Assembly (NCBI GenBank): GCA_002269645.1 | Contig: NIVC01002423.1 | Span: forward strand, 1 to 64,000 | Length of the DNA: 64,000 nucleotides | Origin: Macrostomum lignano | Lineage: Eukaryota | Direction: 5' to 3' | Part shown: positions 48,601 through 60,621 of the stretch, in pieces | How positions within the stretch are numbered: position 1 is the stretch's first letter | Layout of the letters: each line of letters opens with the position of its first letter | Translations under genes and position numbers: made by a program | Notes under the pieces: model-generated | Database searches by the model: none | What the model saw: only the letters and a program-made list of their open reading frames with translations | Told to the model about the DNA's origin: nothing

Positions 48601-51600
48601 GACGCGGCGGCGGCGGCTTCGGCAGCGTCTTATCTGGAGGTGGAAGTTGCCGAAGGCAGCGTCGACGTCAATTTCGATGGTTTGACGAATTATTTTGTTC
48701 TGTTTGAATACTGTTGGTTGGTTATAAATAGTACGAAATATTAGAAAAGCATGGATCCGAAGTTTGGATTGCGCTCTGCATGCGATAGGCTTGTTTGGAA
48801 TTTTTTTATACTAACTTAAAAACTGAGCAATCTAGGCAGTAGGATTGGGGCTAAATCGGGGTTGTATTTATTCTTTAGTCTCAACAATGGATCCAAAATG
48901 TTATCAAGAGTACAATCGGGTATTCTGACAAGTACTGTGATGGCATACGGACTGCAGTGAACACTGACCTTAAGGCTATGAAGCCTCAAAGAGCACACAG
49001 CAACCAGATATTTTCATGAGGCCTGAAAGAAGTCACAACAAGCAGACATTGTCATGAAGCCTCAAAGAACTCACAACAATCAGACATTGCCATTAAACCT
49101 CAAAGAGCACACAACAATCAGACATTGTTATGAAGCCTCAAAGGACACACAATCGTGCATTGTTATGAAGCCTCAAAGGACACACAATCATGCATTGTCA
49201 TAAAGCCTCAAAGAACTCACAACAATCAGACATTGTCATGAAGCCTCAAAGAACTCACAATAATCAGACATTGTCATGAAGCCTCAAAGAACTCACAACA
49301 ATCAGACATTGCCATGAAACCTCAAAGAGCACACAACAATCAGACATTGTTATGAAGCCTCAAAGAACTCACAACAATCAGACATTGTCATGAAGCCTCA
49401 AAGAACTCACAACAATCAGACATTGCCATGAAACCTCAAAGAGCACACAACAATCAGACATTGTCATGAAGCCTCAAAGAGCACACAGCAACCAGATATT
49501 TCCATGAAGCCTCAAAGAGCACACAACAATCAGACATTGTTATGAAGCCTCAAAGAGCACACAAAAATCAGACGTAGCTCGAAATACCACTATGACGCAA
49601 AAGTGGTCATTGCTCCAAAACAGTCACCCGTCATTTCACCCCCTCCAGCCGCCCAGTCGCTATCGGTCCCGCTCGGCCCACCGCCAGCGCCCGGCAGCGG
49701 TTCCGTTGCTGCCTCGGTGAAGACATCCGACACGCCTCAGCAGCCTCCGCCGAAGATTGCCAAGCCCAAGACCGACCTGGAGCTGCTCTGGGAAGCCCTA
49801 GAAGAGGAGTGCCGCAAGTCGCACCGGTTGCACGTCAAAGATCGCGACTTTGCCGACTTGCACTCCTCCGACGAGGAGGACGTCACCAAGCCCAAGCTCG
49901 GCGGAGTCGCTGGCGGGGCTGCTGGCGGCCCGCCGCCTCCGCCTCCTGGCTTTGGGCCGCCTCCTCCGCCGCCTCCGCCTCCGCCCCCACCTCCTCCGGG
50001 CGGATTCCGCGGTGGACCGCCACCTCCTCCTCCCCCTCCTCCTCCGCCGCCGCCGCCGCCAGGACCTGGTGGCGCTCGACCTCCAAAAGCGCCAGCTGGT
50101 CCAGGCGGCGCCCTTGGCGGCTGGCACGTTGGCCGTCAGGGCCCGCCGCCGCCGGGGGCCGGGCTGGCCAAGTCGCGCAAAACTGTCCGCCTGCACTGGC
50201 GCGAGTTGGCGCACAATCTGCGCCAGCCGGTGGCGGGCAGGCCAGCTGCGGACACGCTGTGGGATCGCCTGATGCAGGTCCAGTTGGAGCCAGACAAACT
50301 CGAACTTCTGTTCGAAGCTAAGGTCAACGAGGTCAAGGTTAAGGTAAGGCACATCGATCGATCTGTTTGTCATTATTATCTCAAATAATCTATTAATATC
50401 CTGTCGCGTTTTAATCGATTTGCATATTTGTTAGAAGTTTGTGCAGTAGAAGATAGCAGGAGGGCTGTGAGGGTTCCTGGAACAACGCCTTCGACGAAAT
50501 CGTCCCACAGCCAGGCACGCACTCATACAACGCTCAAACAGGGTGTACAGCGATCCTGACTTTCTAGTCCTGTCAGGCTTGTACACTCTCTGTGCCTTGG
50601 GGGTCATTGCAAACAACTTATTAGCGACTCTAGCGACTTTCGGGCGGATTCTTGTGACTTTTTAACGACTTAAACGACGACTGTTATAATGCGACTGAGA
50701 GGCGACTGTTGAGTCACGAGTGCATCGCGTGATTTGCAGAATCGTAAAACAGGCGCGAAAAAGTTATCCATGAGTCGCTGGGTTAGCGCTCAACTTTCTA
50801 CAGGATTAGGTGGACTACTAAATAGAGTTTTTATAAATGCGAAATTCGATTTTAAATTCATAAAGTAACGCAGATGCGCTTTAGAATGCAAAAACTCAGG
50901 GATACGACGTCACACTTGCGTCACACTTTCGTCACCTCAGAGTCGTTTCAGAGTCGCAGACAATAAAACGCCTCAAATTGAGTCTTTAGCGACTCTTTGA
51001 CCACTTTTTGGTGACTTGTACCGTGACATCTGGTCATTTAAGAGTCGTCTAGAGTCACTTCTTTCCTATTTTACCGGTGTTACCTGCAAAGACCTTGAAA
51101 CGTCTGGGGCGACGCAAGTGACTCTGGGAGTCTCTTCTTGGCCTGGGTACCGTTTTGATCGGGCTCGTCATTGGGGAATTCCTATAAACAATTTGTCAGT
51201 CTTGTAGTGGTGCACGCACACAGGATCACGATTTCAACTAACTGTTTTTAAACGCTAATGTGGCAGCTTATGTAGAATATTTCTTAATCGATTGTTGTTT
51301 GCATCGCTAAAAGCTTTGTTTAAAATGCTTTAATTGTTTTTGTTAAAAGAATGCTTAAATCTTTTTTGGCCTTTTCGTAGCTTTATCTTTATACGCAAGG
51401 CTTGTCATTTAGTGCATGTGCACTTCACGACGGCGGGCTTCTGAAGTTGTTTATGTCATCAGGGAAGAATGATTCAGGCTTGTTATGCATACAAATAATT
51501 ATGTCAGGGTCGTGTTTATAATATGTGGGTCATAATGATCATTTAAAGATTTACATGTAGGGCCGCGGTAATCATTAAATGTACATGTTGGTCTTAGGGA

Positions 51601-54600
51601 TCATGATTCCTATATAAAGGTCATGATGTTCATATAGCAATCATGAGGCTTATTTATAGGTCATGGAGGTCATATATTATAGAAAGTGTGGTGCTTATGT
51701 AAAGGCATGGCGCCTATAAAAAGGTCATGATTGTCATATTAGGGTCTTGTTAGTTGGTCATGTTGGGCACGTAGAGCCATAAATTTCTATCCTTGTCCTA
51801 TGCGGTGTTTAAATTTAGTCAGATATTCCCTTCTGTAACGTAATTAACAATTTGATAATTAAACTAACTGTTTACGTAAACAAAGTAGTTTTTTACCGTA
51901 TTACATATTTACTCTATTGTTTTTGCTTCGACCTATAAATCTTTTAAAATTATTAACTAACTTTCAGAACGAATTTGTGAGGTGTGTAAATATGATATTG
52001 CTATACTGCTATACAGAAATTTCGATTCTCATAAGCCATTGAAATTGATTAGCTATAGATTTTTTTTCAAAAGCGTGCTTCAATTACAAGCAATAATATT
52101 TTTGTTATTCCGAATCATTGGAGGAATCGCCGTTTAATTCATATTGATTAAAAACTGAAATTTAATTCTAAACTTTGGCTTGTAAAATCTGCAGATTATT
52201 TCACGCAATTTTGGTAAAGAAAAAGAATTGAATTAATTTCTTATATTAAATTATTGCTAATTGTTTTACGTATGTACTTACGCTTAGTTTAGTTGCGTTT
52301 GCATTATTATGAAAAATTAAGTTGGACTCTACTAGTAGATTCTGAACCTTTTTATTTTGGAATTATTATCTAAGCGATTAAATTTAATGCATTCATATTA
52401 GTTTATGTGTTGTTATAAATGAATTATCATTACTGTTGAACTTTTAGCATCTAAGTAATAATCCCACTCAGAATTAAGTAGTATGATTTTCGAACGAATT
52501 ATTTTTCTATTTTTTCTGTTGTTAAAGTCCTACTACCAAAGTTACTTATGAAACATTTTTAAATTCTTCCAATTTAATTCAGCAATCCCGGGTAGGTACC
52601 TGACTATGTACTTCGTCAAGTACATAATTTTTTTTTGCAATTTTTGTCATAACAGGAATTCTATCAATAACTGAGGTGGCTTATGCACGCTTGAAAACTT
52701 TCACCCTCTAATAACAGCAGCTTACTTTTAAAACACTTAAATAAAAATTAACGTTTGTTTTAAACCTCAAAATACAATCCCTAAAACAAATGCATTTGTT
52801 ACGTATGAAACATTCGCCGACACTTATTCAGACACTTATTCAGACACTTCTACAGATACTTTGGTTTCTGTCGAACGAATCGTTGGAACAAGCATTGAAT
52901 TTGTTTATTCCTAACAAACTACCAGTAAATTGCTTTATTTTGAGCTTTTTTGCTTTATTTTATTAAATATGAATCATGAAATTTGTTATTCTGCATAGAT
53001 TCTCTTCACGTGAAGAAGAATGTTAAATTTGTCCAGGACACTTCCTAATTCATATTTAATAAAATAAAGCAAAAAAAGCTTAAAATAAAGAATTTTACTG
53101 ATAGTTTGTTAGGAATAAACAAATTTTATGCTTGTTCCTACGATTCGTACGACAGAAACTAAAGTGTCTGTAGAAGTGTCTGAATAAGTGTCGGCGAATG
53201 TTTAGTACGTCATTTGTTTTAAAATTGTAAAATACTCACTAATGCTCTTCTAGCTAACGTATAACTCTGCATTTTCTAAGCGTCGCTGCTAAAAAAATGT
53301 CGGGATTCCAAAGAAGTTAGTGTGTCATGACACAAGTTTTGACGCAGCAACCCATATTAAGACACTTAACTTAAGTATTCCTATTTCATAGATATTTATA
53401 GACGGGTAATTTTTCATTTTTTCCAGTTTTTTTGGCTCAAATTTACTTGTCCTTGTAGTTAAGTAAATATTTAAATGTTGGATTTGCTCTTCAATGCTTG
53501 ATAGTTTTACAGCTACCCAAATTTTATCAAACTTATGCCTCTCTTACCGGATAATTGTTTTGTGTTAGTGCTATTCATGCTACTTATTGGTTTCTGTTTC
53601 AGTAGTGCAACGGGCTGGAAAGTATTTTTATATTTATTTAGCTCAAAAGCTCATTCCGATTATTTATAACACTTTTAACCATTTAACCCAATGAAAAATT
53701 TTTTGTTAAATTTCACCCGTTTTAAACAAATTTATATTTGTTTTACCTACTAAAGTCTATTTAAGATTTGTCTAAACCTGCAAATTTTTACTTTTCAGGA
53801 CGTCGTAAGTATTGCTGATGTTTTGAGTTTAACTTTAACCATTTTCGCACCCACGAATATCAATAACTAAATGGAATTCGACATAATAAACAATTTTACA
53901 AAAAGCATATGCGATGTTACGTTTTCTTAAAGCCTTAAACGAAAACTTGCATTTATTTGCAAGAGAAAAAAATTAACATTCTTGTTTATTTAACATATTT
54001 TTCTTTATTTATTTTCTTTCAACTGTGATTTATTATATGTTTCTATTGTCTTTACTGCAAAACTGGCTTTTGCAAAAAAATCTTTAATTTTGGTTGTCAA
54101 GGTTTTAATTTACATATCTTCTGGTACAAGATTTGACACCAAAATTCTAATGATTGTTAGGATTGAATAATTTTTTTACTAATTAATGTAACTCTGCTTT
54201 TCTACCATACTTTCTTATCGGAAGGGATTTGGAGCGAGATTTAAATTTGGATTACACTATTATACATGTATGCGCTATTCAGCTACTGAGAGTAGACAAC
54301 TACAGAATATAATCGTCCTAAACTATTTTACTTGTGCTTAACTATTAATTTACAGAAAGCAGAAGCCACCAGTCGCAAGGAGATACTAATTCTGGATCCG
54401 AAGCGATCCAACGCCATCAACATCGGCATGACGGTGCTGCCGCCGCCTAGGACTATCAAAGTGGCCATTGTCAATATGGACAGCTCAGTTATAAATAAGG
54501 AGGGCATCGAGGTTTGAACTTGTCAATATTACTTCAAATTTCTATGCTTTTGTTCAACCAACTTAAAGCTAGGTGGCGTTCTTTAAGTTGGGTGTCAGAT

Positions 54601-57600
54601 TCTGTTAGTTGGGTGTCAGGTTCTGTTAGTTGGGTGTCAGGTTCTGTTAGTTGGGTGTCAGGTTCTTCAAGTTGGGTGTCAGGCTCCGTTAGTTGGGTGT
54701 CAGGCTCCGTTAGTTGGGTGTCAGGTTCTTCAAGTTGGGTGTCAGGCTCCGTTAGTTGGGTGTCAGGTTCTGTTAGTTGGGTGTCAGGTTCTTCAAGTTG
54801 GGTGTCAGGCTCCGTTAGTTGGGTGTCAGGTTCTTCAAGTTGGGTGTTAGGCTCTTCAAGTTGGGTGTCAGGTTCTTCAAGTTGGGTGTCAGGTTCTGTT
54901 AGTTGGGTGTCAGGTTCTTCAAGTTGGGTGTCAGGCTCTTCAAGTTGGGTTTCAGGTTCTTCAAGTTGGGTTTCAGGCTCCGTTAGTTGGGTGTCAGGTT
55001 CTTCAAGTTGGGTGTCAGGTTCTGTTAATTGGGTGTCAGGTTCTTCAAGTTGGGTGTCAGGTTCTGTTAATTGGATGTCAGCTTCTTCAATAGATCCCCT
55101 GTCTACCCCACTCTATCTCCCCTATCTATCTGTATCCCCTATCTACCCTTCCTCAACCTCCTTGCAGAAGCTGCTGTACTCCATGCTGCCAACCGAAGAG
55201 GAGAAGGAGGCCATTGTGGAGGCGCAGATAAACGACCCGGATACGCCTCTGGGCAATGCTGAGCAGTTCCTGCTCACCCTGTCCTCAATCAGCGAGCTGC
55301 GGCCACGGCTGCAGTTGTGGCTGTTCCGTCTGGAATACGAGGCCATCGAGACTGAGATCACGGACGCGTTGAATGATTTGAAACTCGCCATACAGGTGAG
55401 ACTGGAATGCCGAATCAGGCAGATCTAGCTGCCATTCCCTAATCAGGCAGATCTAGCTGCCATTCCCTAATCAGGCAGATCTAGCTGCCATTCCCTAATC
55501 AGGCAGATCTAGCTGCCATTCCCTAATCAGGCAGATCTAGCTGCCATTCCCTAATCAGGCAGATCTAACTGCCATTCCCTAATCAGGCAGCTTAAATAGA
55601 TCTAAATAGCCTTAACTACAGAAAGTCTTTAATCCGCATTTGATCCAAAATCTCATTTTAAATCCCCACCAAATTGCCAGGAAATCCGTCAATGCGAAAC
55701 ACTACGCTGCGTATTCTCAGTAATCGTTGCTATGGGCAATTTTCTCAACGATTCAACAGCGCGCGGTTTCAATTTGGACTATTTAGCCAAGGTGCCAGAG
55801 GTTCGGGACACGGTGCACAAGCACACGCTGCTGCACCACGTGTGCCACATGGTTCAGGAGCAGTTTCCTAATAGCGGCGACCTCTACTCGGAACTGGGAG
55901 CCGTTACCCGCTGTTCGAAGCTGGATTGGGATGAAGTGCAAGCTAGATTGGACAGATTGGAGCGCGACTGCATGTCCGGCTTTGAGCACCACAAGGCGCT
56001 GTGCAAACACGCCGATTTCGGGCAAGATTTGCGACGCAAACTAGAATCCTTCCTGCGCGATGCGGCCTCGCGTATTGTGGCTATGAAAATCGTGCGCGAC
56101 AGGGTTATGAATCGGTTTAGAAAGCTGCTGCTGTTTCTTGGGATGACGCCCGCTACTATTGCCGATGCCAAGGTTACCGAGGTGAGTGCGAGATGTGGAT
56201 GATCTGATATCTATTTTGGCACACCTTAGCAGCATGATATCTGATCTTCTGGCGCCCCTAGCAACCTGTTTGGCGCCCCTAGCAACTTATTCTGGCGCCC
56301 CTAGCAACCTGTTTGGCGCCCCTAGCAACTTATTCTGGTGCCCCTAGTAACCTATTCTAGCATTCCTAACAACCTACTCTGGCGCCCCTAGCAACCTATT
56401 CTAGCATCCCTAGCAACATACTCAGACGCCCCTAGCAACCTATTCTAGCATTCCTAACAACCTACTCTGGCGCCCCTAGCAACCTATTCTAGCATCCCTA
56501 GCAACATACTCAGGCGCCCCTAGCAACCTATTCTAGCATCCCTAGCAACATACTCAGGCGCCCCTAGCAACCTATTCTAGCATCCCTAGCAACATACTCA
56601 GGCGCCCCTAGCAACCTATTCTAGCATCCCTAGCAACATACTCAGGCGCCCCTAGCAACCTATTCTAGCATCCCTAGCAACATACTCAGGCGCCCCTAGC
56701 AACCTATTCTAGCATCCCTAGCAACATACTCAGGCGCCCCTAGCAACCTATTCTAGCATCCCTAGCAACCTATTATGGCGCCCCTAGCAGCCTGTTCTAG
56801 CATCCATAGCAACCTATTCTAGCATCCCTAGCAACCTACTCTGGTGCCCCTAGCAACCTACTCTGGTGCCCCTGGCAACCTACTCTGGCACATCTTAGCA
56901 ACCTATTCTGGCGTCCCTAACAAGTTATCCTGGCGTCCTTAACTAAATATTCTGGTACACATGAGCAACCTTTTTGGCGCCCCTAGCAACCTACTTTTCC
57001 GCCCCTAGCAACTTAATTAGTCGCCCTATAGCAACCTACTTTGTCGCCCCTAGCAACCTGCTTTGTCGCCCCTAGCAACCTACTTTGTCGTCCCTAGCAA
57101 CATGCTTTATCTGCCCTAGAATCCTAGTTTGTCGCCCCTAGCAGCCTAATTTTGCGCTCCCTAGCAACCTATGTATTGGCATTACTTCTCAGGTGATGCA
57201 CCTGCTCAGCAACTTCGCCCTGGAGTACCGCACCAACCGCGAGAAAGTTCGCCAGCAAATCTCGAAGAAGCAGAACGCCGCCAAGCGTCGGGAGACTCGC
57301 GGCAAACTCATTGTCGATCTGGACGGTTCCGAGGTGTCCACCAGCGCGCAGCCGGCTCAGCTGCAAGCTCCGACATCTTCGTCGACTCTGTCGTTGAATC
57401 GTCGCAAATCGGGCCCGTCGCCTGCGGCGGCAGCCCAGCAGCAGCGTCAGCAGCAGCAGCAACAGCAGGAGGCGGACGATGCTTTGAAAATCTTGCTTAG
57501 CTCGCATCGCCGGTCGAGTTCGGACTATTCGTCTGTTATCAGCGGAGCGCGGGGGCCCCGGGCTAAGGCCGGAGGCGGCGGCTCGCAGGTGTCCATTCCG

Positions 57601-59455
57601 GGCTCGGTGGCGGCCGCCGGCGGCGGTCGCGGAAGCAGCATCCCGCCAGATGAAGAGGAGATGCTGGACGCCTGTCTGCAGCAGACGAAACCGGCTGTAC
57701 CGTTGAAGGAGCGACGGAAGTCGAAGAATCAGAGAAAGTCGTGTAAGCTGTTGCTGGGTGGGGCGTTGTTGGGTTTGTTACTATGACATGGGGCAGTGCT
57801 GACTCTTTAGCTATTAGAATGCTGCGCAGTCATTCTATGTAGGTCACTCCTTGAAACCATCATCATGGGCTTTTTATTCACTCCTAAACCATGATTAGGT
57901 TTCTTGTCACTCCTAAGATATCATTGTTAGGGCAGCTCTCGTCACTCCTAACCCATGGTCATTGTGTGATGAGAGTTATCTAGTCACTCCTAAACCATGG
58001 TCATTGTGTGATGAGAGTTATCTAGTCACTCCTAAACCATGGTCATTGTGTGATGAGAGTTATCTAGTCACTCCTAAACCATGGTCATTGTGTGATGAGA
58101 GTTATCTAGTCACTCCTAAACCATGGTCATTGTGTGATGAGAGTTATCTAGTCACTCCTAAACCATGGTCATTGTGTGATGAGAGTTATCTAGTCACTCG
58201 TAAACGATCCAAATGATTCATGATTAATCTGTCACTTATTCATTTTATATTCATTTATTTGCATTTATTTTATATTATTGTATCATATTTCTGATCACAG
58301 AATGCAAACCGTGATGTACATGCACACATTCGACTTTCACCGTTTTTTGAACGCAGAAAAGGCCTATAATGAAAACTAATAATTCGTCACTTCGAGTGTT
58401 TCACCGTATTTTCATTGAATCAACGATGAAAAGTATTCTAAAATCAGTTGGTACACTCGAGCTTTGAAACTGTTTCAAAATGTTTCCAGTGTGACGTGTC
58501 ATCCAGTGCATGATTTAGTTAATTAGTAAGTTGCAGACTGGTGCTTGTTAAGAAAAGGCATGGTTTGTTAAGGATTTCAGCATGCGTTCTGCAAGATTTT
58601 CAATGTGACACTAAGCCCAACACCAGGACAGTAGGCGTATTCACAAATATGCTGTAGGAAGAAACAACTACTTTAACTGGTTGTGATGCTAAAGGTTTTT
58701 GGCTCTCGAACAACTTTTAGAAAGATCCCGTCAAATGACTGTCGATAATTTAGGTTTAGGCTTGGGTTTAAATGTAAGTTTAGGTTTAGGTTTGTGCTTA
58801 GATTTAGCTTTTGGTTTTATTCTAGGTTTGGATTTTTGTCCAGTTTTGGGTTTAGGTTAATGTTTAGGTTTGGGTTTAGGTTTAGGTAAATGTATCTCTA
58901 TCAGGTTTGGGTTTATATTTAGGTTAATGTTTAGGTTTAGGTTTGGGTTTAGGTTAACGTTTTGGTTGGGTTTAGTTTTATGTTTAAGTTTTTGTTTAGC
59001 TTAATGTGTAGGTTTTGGTTTAGGTTAATGTTTAGGTTTAGGATTGGGTTTAGGTTAATGTTTAGGTTTGGGTTTGGGTTTAGATTAATGTTTAGGTTTA
59101 GGTTGGGTTTAGGTTAATGTTTAGGTTTGGGTTTAGGTTAATTTTTAGGTTTGGGTTTAGGTTAATGTTTAGGTGTTCAATTTTTTAAGAAGATGCTCTA
59201 TTGGTTCGAGCGATTTTAATCAAACCAAATCTATTTTTTGAAATTCTATTTGCTCCAGGCTTGCAGAGAGAGTTGAATTCAAAGACCATAAATGCATGAA
59301 CTCTGCTGTTTTTTTTTAAAATATAAATGGTTAATTTTGCTGACTTAGTAATTAATATAATTGCGTGTACTTTTGTTTCAGTGCGACACAAAACTTTACT
59401 GATCGGCCTGACAGAAGAGGAGATGGCTACTGTGAAGACTATGGCTCAGTTATGA
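40796..59455 (+). CDS. FHOD: FHOD/Fhos-family formin (GBD-FH3-FH1-FH2-DAD), about 1524 aa with the optional exon
   Basis: Exons 40796-40972, 41860-41981, 42057-42115, 42211-42384, 42465-42559, 43371-43655, 45705-46107, 47669-48679 (3' end uncertain), 49604-50343, 54356-54511, 55168-55395, 55681-56181, 57193-57742, 59382-59455; all GT-AG and phase-compatible. FHOD hallmarks: [54 protein letters not shown], polyproline FH1, [72 protein letters not shown]. Confidence 0.95.
42602..43335 (+). repeat. (GACA)n microsatellite of about 730 bp in a FHOD intron
   Basis: Direct reading, with interruptions such as caccaa. Confidence 0.98.
43678..45690 (+). repeat. (TATC)n/(TC) microsatellite of about 2.0 kb in a FHOD intron
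   Basis: Direct reading; bounded by the donor at 43656 and the acceptor at 45704. Confidence 0.98.
46255..46790. repeat. 22-23-bp minisatellite (acatctagagagtcccgatcccc / acattcagatagtcccgatccc)
   Basis: Two alternating variants giving a period of about 45 bp. Confidence 0.92.
47265..47540 (+). mobile_element. tRNA-derived SINE with a CORE-like central domain
   Basis: Head ggggttgtagcccagtgg (A box) ... ggttcgattct (B box), then gtgtccttgagcaagagacttaa...ctgtaaaattgg, resembling the CORE consensus gtgaccttgggcaagtcacttaac...ctgtaaaatgg; AT-rich tail. Confidence 0.75.
48975..49570. repeat. 38-bp minisatellite (gaagcctcaaagaactcacaacaatcagacattgtcat)n
   Basis: Direct reading, intronic. Confidence 0.93.
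52801..53210. mobile_element. Foldback/MITE-like element: inverted arms of about 160-180 bp around a spacer of about 70 bp
   Basis: acattcgccgacacttattcagacacttctacag...tattcctaacaaacta...ttgctttattttattaaatatgaa is mirrored by ttcatatttaataaaataaagcaa...tagtttgttaggaata...ctgtagaagtgtctgaataagtgtcggcgaatgt. Confidence 0.8.
54585..55075. repeat. 21-bp minisatellite (agttgggtgtcaggttctgtt)n
   Basis: Direct reading; lies between the donor at 54512 and the acceptor at 55167. Confidence 0.95.
55413..55590. repeat. 28-bp tandem repeat (aatcaggcagatctagctgccattccct) about x6
   Basis: Direct reading; fills most of the intron; each unit has a ggcag..ctgcc hairpin. Confidence 0.95.
56270..57170. repeat. 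Minisatellite based on a unit of about 22 bp (cctagcaacctattctggcgcc) with a 43-bp higher-order core
   Basis: Direct reading, intronic. Confidence 0.92.
57945..58199. repeat. 42-bp tandem repeat about x6 (cactcctaaaccatggtcattgtgtgatgagagttatctagt)
   Basis: Direct reading; explains ORF 57962-58216. Confidence 0.95.
58751..59175 (+). repeat. Degenerate telomere-like (tttagg/tttggg)n tract
   Basis: Runs of tttaggt, ttgggt and ttaatg in the last FHOD intron. Confidence 0.8.
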
Positions 59456-59995
59456 CCCGATTTCAACTCTGTGCCTTGTTCAGTTTCTACCTGTGTCGGT
59501 GGTCCGCGTGTCACTTTCTTACCTCTGACTGAAAGTTTTTGTATTCAATTTGAAATTTTTGACTATAGTTGTTGGTAATGTTAGCAGAAAATCCGCAGAA
59601 TGCTAAGTTGAAATTAAAGTTTAAATTAAAATGCTAAGCAGCCTACTGCTCTCTGGTGAAAGGAATTAGTAGGAATGCTAGTAAATTGATGTGAATCAGG
59701 GGTTAGCGAATTCCGGCCCACGAGTCACATGCTGCCCTCGGGTGCTTTGAAACTTCACGGTTCCAGGTAATTGCTCTCTTCTCATCTCTGTTCTCACTCT
59801 TGTCTCTCTTCTCTCCCCTCCTCTGGCCCGTAGTCATAGGCTGGGTTCTCCATCTGAGGTAAAATAAAAGTTTTCCTAGCCCCGATGAATAGATAAGGCT
59901 CAAGCAATTCTGTCTATGGCACATACTACTGTTCCCTATCTTCACCCAAAGAGTAGTTTAAGCGCAAATGCTTTTTTATTCTAATAGTATGGTGC

Positions 59996-60621
59996 CATGG
60001 ATGAATGAATAGAATGGATTGCTGTTCTGGCTCTGGCTATTTTCGTTTTTGACTCTTTTGCATCCGGTTCCCCCCCCCGTGCCTTTTCATTGGTTGATGA
60101 TTGCCACGGACAGTTTTCGGCCTTTGCCCCTTTCTTTCGATGCACAAGCGCTTTCGCTCGTGTTTTGAAATAAAGGGGGAAGACCTACAAGCACGATTCG
60201 AGAGTCGATTCGTCTACAATAAAAAGGAAAGAAAGGGGCGAAAGCCGAAAATTGTCTATGGCAATCATCAACCAATGAAAAGGCACGGGGGGGAACCGGA
60301 TGCAAAAGAGTCAACAACGAAAATAGACAGAGCCAGAATAGCAATCCATTCTATTCCGATAGAATGCTTTATATAGATAGATCCTTTCTTTCGATGCACA
60401 AGCGCTTTCGCTCGTGTTTTGAAATAAAGGGGGAAGACCTACAAGCACGATTCGAGAGTCGATTCGTCTACAATAAAAAGGAAAGAAAGGGGCGAAGGCC
60501 GAAAATTGTCTATGGCAATCATCAACCGGTGAAAAGGCACGGGGGGGAACCGGATGCAAAAGAGTCAAAAACGAAAATAGCCAGAGCCAGAATAGCAATC
60601 CATTCTATTCATTCATCCATG
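59996..60621. mobile_element. CATGGA-TIR element (same family as the MITE at 10356) with an internal duplication, flanked by an 88-bp direct repeat
   Basis: Ends catggatgaatgaatagaatggattgc / gcaatccattctattcattcatccatg. Segment 60138-60362 is repeated at 60388-60621. Flanks 59908-59995 and 60622-60709 are nearly identical. Confidence 0.82.

Noticed and set aside
54514-55428. 304-aa SWVSGS-repeat ORF
   Set aside because: Translation of an intronic 21-bp minisatellite running into the real exon 55168-55395.
58751-59175. True telomere or chromosome end
   Set aside because: The tract is degenerate and lies inside an intron with a valid downstream exon.
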